From the NCBI GenBank assembly GCA_964187785.1, contig OZ076409.1, positions 42,286,001 to 42,350,000 of the forward strand: DNA of 64,000 nucleotides. The letters are read 5' to 3'. Both the position numbers and the translations under genes were made by a program. The stretch is from Amphiscolops sp. MND2022 (taxonomy: Eukaryota). Shown piece after piece: positions 27,025-36,957 of the stretch (its first letter is position 1; every line of letters starts with the position of its first letter). A model generated the notes under the pieces. The model worked only from the letters and a program-made list of their open reading frames with translations, was not told where the DNA came from and did no database searches.

Positions 27025-27092
27025 AATCGCCGCGCCTACGATTTGGGGAAAAAGTAGACGCGAGGGCGTACACGATAGAGGACCCCCCAAAC
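27015..27092 (+). promoter_or_regulatory. -1 ribosomal frameshift signal (A_AAA_AAC plus candidate pseudoknot)
   Basis: AAAAAAC at 27015-27021, just before the gag TAA. The pol frame is -1 and open from here to ATG 27168. Stem CGCGCCTAC/GTAGACGCG; loop TTTGGGG can pair with downstream CCCCAAA. Confidence 0.8.
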
Positions 27093-30000
27093 AGGTATGA
27101 AGAAGATTTTTTAACTGAATGTAATGAAGAACCAACTCAAGACTGGCAACGCCGCTGGAACGTAGGCATGATACTCAGGCATAACGCCAGACATCCAGAA
27201 GATCCAACACCACTACCCCAGTGGATAACAGAATCGCCCGATAACTACGCGACACTCAAAAGACCGTTACCGGAATCAAAAACAGACCGAATTTATATAT
27301 ATGACAGAGACTACAGATGTGACCCTTGGGACGAACCAACCATCTATGATACAAATAAACTATCCTTCAAAATACAAGTCTCAAACCCTCAAGCTCAAAC
27401 CACGACGACCACAAACCTACCGTCACCGCCGTCACCAATCCTAAAAAGAACAACACCGTCCCCAACAGCACCCGTCACCGTCACGTCCACACCGATCGAT
27501 GCCGAAAACATCATATGCATTGAAGACAAAACAATATGGTCACGACAAGCAAGAGAACAGCGAGAAAACACCGCTTCGCTCTCGTCATCACCACAAACCG
27601 CGCCAGCCACAGCAATAGCCGCTGAAGACGAAGAAATAACGGAATGTCACCCAACACTACCAGAAGATCTAGATGTCATCAAAGAATTCATCCAGCACGA
27701 CAAGGAAGACGACTACATCCCGTTTATGTCTGCAATTGCCCTCAAGAAGAAAAAGAGAATGCTCTTCTTACCAATCGAATTCAACACTGTCAAAATCGAA
27801 GCCTTAGTCGACTCAGGTGCGTACATTAATGCTATTAGCGAAAGGGATGCTGAAAAACTCCACCAAAATGCGAGTCAATGCATTATTAACAAAGCACCTC
27901 CACCCCCTTTCAAAGTGCAATACGCCAATGCCGAACTAGAACAACCACTTGCCACGTACACTCTACGCTTCAAAATAGGAGATTACACTTTTGAAGAAAC
28001 ATTCATTATCATGAATCAAACGTCATTCCCCATAATTGGATTAGCGTTTCTACGAAAGCATGCCGCAATCCTTGACACGGCACAGGGAACCATCAACTTT
28101 CCCAAGATCCAAATCACGATGGCGCTCACAGACGAAAGACAAAAGTGCAATCCAAAACCCATCACGATAAAGACCGAAGCCAAACACACAATTCCAGCAC
28201 ACTCTACCCGAATCATATACGCAACAATCCCTGTGAGTACCGAACACTCAATAACGGGCACAATACAACCCCTACCACAATTCGATGAATGCGCGAAAGT
28301 AATAGTAGCCCCAGCGATTACAACAGCTAGAGATAAAAAGCTCCCAATTAAAATCGCCAACACCACGGATTTTCCATACACAATAGCCAACGACACCAAA
28401 ATGGCCGAACTGCAAATCCTGAAACCCGAAGAAACGAAGATGATCCGCCCAGTTGACATTGCTGCCCTGAATCTCCTCAATGACCATGACGATGTGGTCA
28501 CGTACATCAACGCACTAATGCAAGTAGAACGGCCAGAAGACAACGAAGAAAAATTCTGGTTCCCGACCCCAGATCACCCAGGCAACGAACAAGAACATTC
28601 GCCCATACAAAAGCGAATCCTGAAAGAACTGCGAGACCTTGCCGAATTAGAAAAACTTGACCCAACCGAAAACGAAGACTCTCGCAACAAATTTCTATCA
28701 ATGTTCAAATGGACAGACTCACTAATTACGGGCAAAGACCGTGAAAAACTTGAGGACACCATTGTTGAATTCAATGACATCTTTGCTCGACACCGACTAG
28801 ATATCGGGATGAATACACAGTTCAAAGTCAGCCTAACACCACAGGACGACAAACCAGTCTACACACAGAGCTTACCCGTCCCGATCAACCTCAAAGAATA
28901 CCTAACAGTGGAACTGGCACTGATGCACAAATACGGCATCATCACGACACTCCCCTTCTCCAAGTACGCCAGTCCTATATTTGCACAACGGAAACCCAAC
29001 GGCAAACTGAGACTACTGGTGGATCTGCGCAAAATCAACGCACTCATAGCAGATGACTACATCAACAACAACCACCCTGTCAGCACCCTCTCAGATGCGG
29101 CACAACACCTAGCAGGGAAAAAACTATTCTGCAAACTTGACTGCTCCCAGGCGTACCACTGCCTTCAAATGGCAGACCAAAGGTCAGTAGAGTTACTTGC
29201 TTTTAATTTTGCTAGTAGGACGTTCGCCTACCGTCGCCTGGCACAAGGACTAAGCAGAGCTCTATCAGCCTTTTCGAGCTTCATGCGTGAGTATCTGGAC
29301 TCAGTCATTAAAGCCGATCAATGTGCACAATACGTAGATGACATTGGCATTGCCGCAAACACAACGGAACAGCTCATAAAAAACATCAGAGCAGTCTTCA
29401 AATGCATCCGGAAAGCAGGACTAAAACTAACCATCGAAAAATGCCATTTTGGAGTAACCCAAATCGAATTTCTTGGACGAACCATCACCCCCGACGGAGT
29501 AGCCCCGCAAGATCAAAAAGTCAAAAATTTCCTCTCCAAAGTACGCTTCCCCAAATCCAAAAAACAAGTTCAAAAATACATTGGCTTTGTTAACTATTAC
29601 CGCAACTACATACCGCGCTTATCAGAAAAACTCATCGGCATGTACGAACTTCTTAAAGCAGACTCCAAGATCAGAATTTCAGAAGAACTTGTCGATAACT
29701 TTAAGGAAATCAACGCCAGTTTAGCGGAAGCTTGTGGACTCGCACTAAGACAGCCTATAGCAGGAAAACAGTACGTTCTAATGACGGACGCAAGCTTTCG
29801 TGCGTCAGGCTACGCCCTCATGATTGAGGAGAACGATGAACGCAAAATACTCTCCAAACGGAAAACCTTCGCACCAGTAGCGTTCGGATCACGAGTTTTT
29901 TCACCTGCACAACTGAAAATGTCTATCTACTGCAAGGAATTCTTAGCAATCTACCATGCATTCCTCGAATACAGCCACATACTATGGGAAGCAACAATTC

Positions 30001-32312
30001 CAACCCTGGTCTTAACAGACAACCGCTCAGTAACGAGATTCTTCCAGACCAAAACGACACCCCCTGCACTCTGGAATGCCTGCGACTATGTATTACAGTT
30101 CAAGTTCCGAATTATGCACGTAGCAGGCTCCCAGAACACAGCAGCAGATTTTCTTTCAAGACTTGAACTTACACCGAAAGAAAAGGTCCAACTTAAACTA
30201 CGAGACGACATACTAACGTCCCCAATTGAGGTCAATCTACAATCATCAGATGTAGCTGACGAAGAACAACTTTTCTTCCTACCTGATGACGAAGATGAAT
30301 CTGAACAAGAAATCTTTGCCCGAAAAGCACTCAGCAAACAACGCGCCCTAGACGAACATGAAAGAGAACTATCAACAAAAGTAACCGAAGTCATCAAGAT
30401 ACCACTCAACTCCGCAGTCTACTCCTTCGGCGCAATCAAAGAAAATGCACGGATCAGAAACGAACAAGATGCAGACCCTCTCCTCAAAGCACTGAAGCAA
30501 CGGATCTCACATGAAGAATATGACAAACACCTCCTCAAAACTGAACCACGAGGACGAAACCTATTACGCCACGAAGAAAGAATCATAATGAAGGATGGAG
30601 TTCTGATGCGGAAATACTACGGAGAAGACGGATCAGTCACCCATAATCAAATCATAATTCCGAAACACCTAGTCCCAGAACTCTTGGCCACTCTACATGG
30701 GAAAACAAATAAACATCCAGGAATCGCAAAAATGATACAAGAATGCAGAGCGAAATACTACTTCCCGGGTCTTGCACGTAAAATCAGAGCTTGGGTAACC
30801 AGCTGTCAAGACTGCATTGCCAATAAAAGAATCGACACAAGACAAATACGCCCCAAAATGCTAAGCAACACTGAATTCACAATGGGACCAGAAGACTGCC
30901 TAGAAGTAGACATTCTTCCAAACCTACCTTCCTCAAATGGATACCAACACATCATCACGATGATGGACGTTTTTTCACGTTACCTTTTCGCTTACCCGAC
31001 ACAGGACATGACAGCCAAAACAGTCGCACGATGCATAATAGACGTCATGACACGACACTGCTACCTGCCGACCGTCATTCTAACAGATAAAGGATCACAA
31101 TTCAGATCAGAAGTAGTCAATCAAATAACACAAACATTGGATATACGGATAAGCCACGCATCGACGAAACACGCTCAAACAATTGGCATCCTAGAAAGGA
31201 CTCATGCCTCTTTGAAAACCTCCCTAAAGATATCAACGGGGGAACGACGCTCTATGTGGCATAAATATGTCCAGATCGCAGTCATGAACTACAATACGAG
31301 CTATCATGAAAGCCTAGGTTGCGAACCTACAACAGTATTTCACGGACGCATTCCGTACAACATCCTAGACATAAAACTCGGATTGAAACCTGAATGGAAA
31401 AAAGATAACAACGAAGAACTGACGGATCAACTACAGAAGCAAATATCCGAAATACACCATGCCGCCAAAGAAAATCTAATGCAGTCCTACTTAAAGTACA
31501 AACAGTACTATGACAAGAAAGCAACAGCAACACCGCTCAAAGTCAATGACTACTGTTACGTCCTCAATCCGAAGGCAGACAACCAGTCGATGAAATTCGC
31601 TTTTAAAGATTGCATTTGGACTGGACCCTACATAGTAGTCAAAGTACTCTCGAACAACAACTACATCGTACGCCGCACGGGAACTAGATATACCCAAACC
31701 CTCCATAGAATTCGCCTAAGGCTATATGCGCCCAATCAGCGAGTACCTGACGTAACAGTCAGAAGGGAAGATTATCTTCCAGACCCAGAGGTTAAAACAA
31801 CCCACAATGATTGGTACGCGCAAGCTTGGGAAACCGAATTCGGAGAAGTTCTGTTCGGAAACAATACCGAAAACGCCGCAGAAGAAGCCACAGTTACAGA
31901 AATTGCAGACACAACAGGACGCAACGAAACTACAACGGGAAATGATGTGGTTAAAACAACCACCAATGAAAACACAGTGAAAAATGACGTGGTTCAAACA
32001 ACCACACACGAAGCTACAACGGAAAGCGACGTGGCTCAAACAGCCACAAATGAAAATACTGTAGCAGATAAAACACCTTCCGACAATATAACGTCATTTG
32101 ATCTAGATGTCAGCGATAACCCATATATTTTGACCCCACCACCGATACACAGCCCTCCCAAAACACCCGAATTACCGCCTATAGTCGTTGGATACAATCC
32201 TAGAAAAGTGGGACGATACAATTTGAGACCTAATCCGAGACCCAACGTGGACCCTGACTTCAGAATGCTAAACTCAACTACAGCGGACGATTTACGTCAA
32301 ACTCAAAACTAA
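27021..32312 (+). CDS. pol: Pol polyprotein (protease, RT, RNase H, integrase); first ATG 27168, likely made as Gag-Pol
   Basis: ALVDSGA protease; YVDD RT; TDAS RNase H; H-H-CxxC zinc finger, D-D-E core (LEVDIL, TDKGSQF, ILERTH) and GPY integrase motifs; Thr-rich tail. 1714 aa without stops. Confidence 0.97.
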   Translation, partial: LKSPRLRFGEKVDARAYTIEDPPNRYEEDFLTECNEEPTQDWQRRWNVGMILRHNARHPEDPTPLPQWITESPDNYATLKRPLPESKTDRIYIYDRDYRCDPWDEPTIYDTNKLSFKIQVSNPQAQTTTTTNLPSPPSPILKRTTPSPTAPVTVTSTPIDAENIICIEDKTIWSRQAREQRENTASLSSSPQTAPATAIAAEDEEITECHPTLPEDLDVIKEFIQHDKEDDYIPFMSAIALKKKKRMLFLPIEFNTVKIEALVDSGAYINAISERDAEKLHQNASQCIINKAPPPPFKVQYANAELEQPLATYTLRFKIGDYTFEETFIIMNQTSFPIIGLAFLRKHAAILDTAQGTINFPKIQITMALTDERQKCNPKPITIKTEAKHTIPAHSTRIIYATIPVSTEHSITGTIQPLPQFDECAKVIVAPAITTARDKKLPIKIANTTDFPYTIANDTKMAELQILKPEETKMIRPVDIAALNLLNDHDDVVTYINALMQVERPEDNEEKFWFPTPDHPGNEQEHSPIQKRILKELRDLAELEKLDPTENEDSRNKFLSMFKWTDSLITGKDREKLEDTIVEFNDIFARHRLDIGMNTQFKVSLTPQDDKPVYTQSLPVPINLKEYLTVELALMHKYGIITTLPFSKYASPIFAQRKPNGKLRLLVDLRKINALIADDYINNNHPVSTLSDAAQHLAGKKLFCKLDCSQAYHCLQMADQRSVELLAFNFASRTFAYRRLAQGLSRALSAFSSFMREYLDSVIKADQCAQYVDDIGIAANTTEQLIKNIRAVFKCIRKAGLKLTIEKCHFGVTQIEFLGRTITPDGVAPQDQKVKNFLSKVRFPKSKKQVQKYIGFVNYYRNYIPRLSEKLIGMYELLKADSKIRISEELVDNFKEINASLAEACGLALRQPIAGKQYVLMTDASFRASGYALMIEENDERKILSKRKTFAPVAFGSRVFSPAQLKMSIYCKEFLAIYHAFLEYSHILWEATIPTLVLTDNRSVTRFFQTKTTPPALWNACDYVLQFKFRIMHVAGSQNTAADFLSRLELTPKEKVQLKLRDDILTSPIEVNLQSSDVADEEQLFFLPDDEDESEQEIFARKALSKQRALDEHERELSTKVTEVIKIPLNSAVYSFGAIKENARIRNEQDADPLLKALKQRISHEEYDKHLLKTEPRGRNLLRHEERIIMKDGVLMRKYYGEDGSVTHNQIIIPKHLVPELLATLHGKTNKHPGIAKMIQECRAKYYFPGLARKIRAWVTSCQDCIANKRIDTRQIRPKMLSNTEFTMGPEDCLEVDILPNLPSSNGYQHIITMMDVFSRYLFAYPTQDMTAKTVARCIIDVMTRHCYLPTVILTDKGSQFRSEVVNQITQTLDIRISHASTKHAQTIGILERTHASLKTSLKISTGERRSMWHKYVQIAVMNYNTSYHESLGCEPTTVFHGRIPYNILDIKLGLKPEWKKDNNEELTDQLQKQISEIHHAAKENLMQSYLKYKQYYDKKATATPLKVNDYCYVLNPKADNQSMKFAFKDCIWTGPYIVVKVLSNNNYIVRRTGTRYTQTLHRIRLRLYAPNQRVPDVTVRREDYLPDPEVKTTHNDWYAQAWETEFGEVLFGNNTENAAEEATVTEIADTTGRNETTTGNDVVKTTTNENTVKNDVVQTTTHEATTESDVAQTATNENTVADKTPSDNITSFDLDVSDNPYILTPPPIHSPPKTPELPPIVVGYNPRKVGRYNLRPNPRPNVDPDFRMLNSTTADDLRQTQN

Positions 32313-32458
32313 ATGAAAACAATGAGCAGGCTAAACCGAACCGGAGTAGCTACGTAAAATTATCATCTAAACTAAAAAGAACAGCAACAAAGCCAAAATT
32401 ATAGTTCCTTCAGAATCATCAAAACATAATAAAAGTCTACAAATCATCACAACACAAA

Positions 32459-35400
32459 TCACTTGACATGATGATGTATGGAAGGATCAATGTCTTTCTT
32501 CGACTTCTTCTTCGGAGTCGTTTTACTACCACCAGCTTGCACGTTAGACTTCTTCGTCTTCCCGACCTGCTTCCCATCAGTACTCTTTTCACCAACTTTA
32601 TTTCCACTACTTTTCCCTTTTTCACTAACAGAACTGGAACTACTCTGCACAACGGAACTACTACGAGACCCCTGCTCTGCCCGAGATAAACGATTGACTC
32701 GATTACACTCCGTATAATGCTCATCACTGGATTGACGTCGCTTTGCCAAAAATTCTTTATACAGCTTGCAGAAAGATGCAATAAACGAGTCCACACCGGC
32801 ATCGCACAAATCTTTCCATACGTTAAAATCAGAGCCAATATAAAATAGCCCAGCTTCAGAAACAGCATCTCGCATTAGGCCCATGGATGACTCAGTAAAT
32901 AACGACTGCGGAGAATAACCGTCGCTCAAAACATACGATTGAACAACTCTGCAACACAGAAGAACACTTCCTTCAGCCTGTTTACAACTCGACAGATCAA
33001 GAGTAAACGGAGGACTAACACGGTTGGGCTCACCGACAAGCAGACAACACAACTTGAAGACACGAAGTACATGTCGTCGTGACTGGAACCCAAAATCATC
33101 CAGCAAGTAGCGGCGAATGTCCGTGATAGAACTGGCAGAGCGCTCCAATCGACTATGCTGCCTGCGTTTCTCGATCACGTACGCACTATACTCATCCACA
33201 GCAGCATTGCATTCTTCTCGAGATAAAGCGCCACACCTCACAAGACCATCACACAGCTCAGAAAACAAATCAAACGCACACTTATCGTCACCTTCTAACA
33301 TCAGTTCAGGGCAGAAACTGCACAGACCCTTCGAAACAATGGAACGAGTGCTGGCACTCTCCACTAACAGAGTGACGAGGCGATCGATAAATTCTCTGCA
33401 GCGACCACGAAACTTTGGCATCTCGCTTGCCTTCGACGACAAAAGAGACTTCCCATAATCACAGTGAGCCAAGAACTCATCCATAGGTGCAACAGGGAAA
33501 CTTGCCGCCTTTTCCACGTCCATATATGCATCCCAATCGTGAATAGCTGGAAGACTTGACAACTGGCGCGTCTTCATCAACAAACAGTATACGAAATTGC
33601 ATAATTCACCATAGCCATGGAATGCATAATCGCTGCGGCTCTGTCTCAACTTCGGCAAATGAATATGGAAAGTATCCAGCATCAATTGCAACAGCCCAAA
33701 ACGATACGGCACCAGTCCGTCCGAGATCACAGTTGAATCCATACCTCTCAACTAAACAACAACACAAAATAACTAAGTAGACGGAAAACAACAGATGACC
33801 AACAAGACGACCGTGAAGAACCCCCCGAAAAAAAAAAGAGAAAGAAAAAAAAAATCATGCAACAAACTCACACTGTCGGCCTGATCTTTCACATGAGGCA
33901 ATCCGGTACACCGAATGAACAGGCGAATTGAAGGCCACAGGTCCACCAAATCAGTCAGAACCTCACGAAGATCCTGGAAGGCAACGGAACCTTGACGAAT
34001 GGCCTTGCGCAACAACACCTTGCCATCCGTCCAGTCCTCGTACACAGCGCTCTTTAGCCGTAAAATGACATAGTCCACCAAACTTGTCACCTCTACCATC
34101 CCGAAAACATCCTGATGTGCCTGACGCACACACTGTAGGAACACCTCCTCGGAAAACTGTTGATGCATAACAAGTCGTTTCCCATCAGTACGATTGTCCT
34201 CTATCACTCGAAGAAGCACCGGACTAGCACCGCTGACACAAAAGGGAAGTCGCGCATTTTGCACACTATGGACGAACTGTGCCAAAGGAACCAACTCGGA
34301 TTTGGGCATAGGCTGGTCCAAAACTTCCTGACCAATGCAGATTTTCCGCAGAGCATTGTCCAACCAGCACACAACAAAGCATCGTTCCACATCCGCGTCT
34401 TTCTCATAGAACAATGCATATTCATTGCGCGTCCCGACTGCACTGAGAACCAAACGCAACACCCGAGGAGCAAGGCCACGACACAGCAAGGACTGAAACA
34501 ATATACAAATACCATGACTACAAAACCACACTACTACTGCCCCCCCCCCTCCCGAAAAAGAAAAGGAAAAAGGAAAAAAGGAGAAAAAAAAAGAACAAAA
34601 AAAAAGAAAAAAAAGGAAAAAGAGGGAAAACGACACAGACAAAGCTCATGAACCCAGAGACCACAAAAATATGTAATACCCCTACTTACCACCGTCTCAG
34701 CACGACTCCAATTCAGCTGATATTCGGGCGCCCTCTCACCCAAAGAAGCTCGGAAACACGCCCATAAACGTCGCAGCAACGTGAAATCGCCGCCACTCCG
34801 GAGCCACTCACAGACGGCCGAGATCATGGTCATAAATGGGACCTTTGAATCAACTTGGGCATGTTTGGGCACCAAATCTTCTGGAAAGGGAAACCCCTCT
34901 GCCAAGTCCACAAAAGGTTGAGCTTTGTATTCCGCAATCTGGGCGGCAGTCAGTTCCATAGGCTCCAACCATCTATTGTATACGGGCAACCCTGAATGGA
35001 CTCTGTAGCGCACGTCACGAAACCAGTGCCCATCAGACGCGAAGTGACGTTTAAACTCGCCAGATCCTTGTGCCTTCATCCGCACATCTCGATTGCACAC
35101 TCGACAAAAGAACGACGTAGGCTCCCCGCACTTAGAGCCACTGACAAAGTTGGGATATGCGGGATGCAAAGATAACATGCGTCTCTTCAAATGTTTGCGA
35201 TTCCCATAAGTTCGCACTCGCCGCTGGCAGCGATCTTCAATCTTCTTCGACAACTTCGTGAAACCTGCAAACGATAACACAACCATCTATAAATATGACA
35301 CACGATATTGCGACCCCAAAACCCCAACCACACTTAAACAACCCCCTATCAACTATGAGATACTAACGGACCTGTCTCGATACTTTGTACTGCCCGAGTC

Positions 35401-36367
35401 TCCACCTCAGAAATCAGATGACGACCAAATTGCGCCAAGTCAATCGGACTCAACGGAGTATTGCCGGGGAAAGCTAACACCTCCTCCTCCGCTTCTGGAT
35501 CACCTATAACAAACATCAAAACAATTAGGTGGACACACTATAGAATCCCGAACCACTCTGAGAAACCCAACCAGAAGACTAAAGTGAACAACTCTATACA
35601 AGCATTCTACAAAACAAAGAGAAGAGAAAAGAAAAGGATGGGGGAAAAAGAGAAACAACTAACTGCTCCATCCCTCTGCCATAAGCTCCTGTAAGCTAGG
35701 AGAATGACCACCTTGACGTTGCGGTGGCGGAGTCGAAAACTTCACAGCCCGCTCACGAGAACAACTTGGCTCCATGACATCGACAGTTGCAGTGCCCTCA
35801 TCATTTCTCCCTCCTCCACTTTCTTTTGGGGAGGCCGGAACGGCCTCGCCTCCACGAGGCTCACTAACAACAGCAGCATCCTGAAGCTGAGAACCAAATC
35901 CGGTGGCATCTCGCGAAATTCCAGTACTGACGTCGGGAGCCTCTAACAACGAAGAGGAACCAGGCTGGAAAGAAGCAGTATGTCCAGAACCAGCAAGAAC
36001 AGTCGTCAGCATAGCGTTGACAGAGGCAACCGGAAATGCCTCGGTAATGGAAGGGAGTCCCACGGGAACCAAAGAATGGCTAGCCTCCGTATGGGAGCTA
36101 AGCCCGGGCAGCGCAATGGGTTGAGTTACTGAAAATCAAGATCTGGTTCAGACGCGTCAGAGTTACGGGTAAGACTATAAAAGGCTGATCACCAAAAACA
36201 ATAGTCCTATTGCCCAGGAAGTCAGAAAGATTTTACCAACCCGAAGCAGAACGAGAAATATCGATGTCAGAAGGAACAACATCATCATCGGTGAAATTGA
36301 ATGTTGTCTCGTTTCCACTGACGAACCCTGCACCAGTACCAGCAGGAGGACCAGAATCACCATCCAT
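32459..36367 (-). CDS. Antisense spliced accessory gene, ~1070 aa, BED-like zinc-finger protein. Exons 36367-36241, 36128-35664, 35503-35372, 35264-34690, 34492-33872, 33751-32459
   Basis: Five GT-AG introns (36240-36129, 35663-35504, 35371-35265, 34689-34493, 33871-33752), each ending in a pyrimidine-rich tract and YAG. Phases 1,1,1,0,0 join into one 3213-nt reading frame. Motif FCRVC-x16-H-x5-H. The 3' introns have textbook donors; the start and 5' exons are less certain. Confidence 0.8.
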
Positions 36368-36429
36368 CCAGAATAACAACTCAAGAAATCTAAAACAAAA
36401 GGAAAAATCAAGAAAAACTATGCAAAGCG

Positions 36430-36957
36430 AACGTAAAAGACAAGAAAAGGAACAATAGCATCATTTCTACAGGAAAGAAAACCATCTATGTTCCAATTCC
36501 CATTTTTCCTTTTAAAAGCCTATTATGGCATTGACGGAACAAAACGTTTCCAAAAGTTGGATAAAAATCCACCAAGAAATGCTAAAGAAGAATTAAGAAA
36601 ATCATCAGGAGATCACGGAACATAGGCGTAATACACCAATGAAACTGTGTGACGTCATTACGCCATTAACCGAAAAGAGGACGGCTACTAGAATTAGAAG
36701 TTTTCATCAATTATTTCGACCAATCACAACGCAGTAAGAAAGAACTCGTTTCTTTCATTCCGAGACGCACCGAAACGAAAGCGGAAAAACCGACCAATAG
36801 AATTTCGTTAAAAATTACGAAGGAAAAGAATTTGAAACGTTCATTTGTCGTTCAATTTTCATAAAAGCTTGACCAGCATCTTCTGCCAAACTAATTCTCT
36901 GTGAACTAGTCAAAGAAGACATAAGCCAGAATCCTGCAAAATTTAATCCCTGCAATC
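36430..36957. promoter_or_regulatory. Candidate bidirectional internal promoter
   Basis: Lies between two divergent ORFs; TGACGTCA (CRE) at 36650-36657 and CCAAT boxes at 36636, 36720 and 36794. Confidence 0.5.

Noticed and set aside
34493..34689. Phe-rich N-terminus of ORF 33773-34642 as a membrane segment, and Lys-rich ORF 34160-34651
   Set aside because: Both are translations of the intron polypyrimidine tract and its complement.
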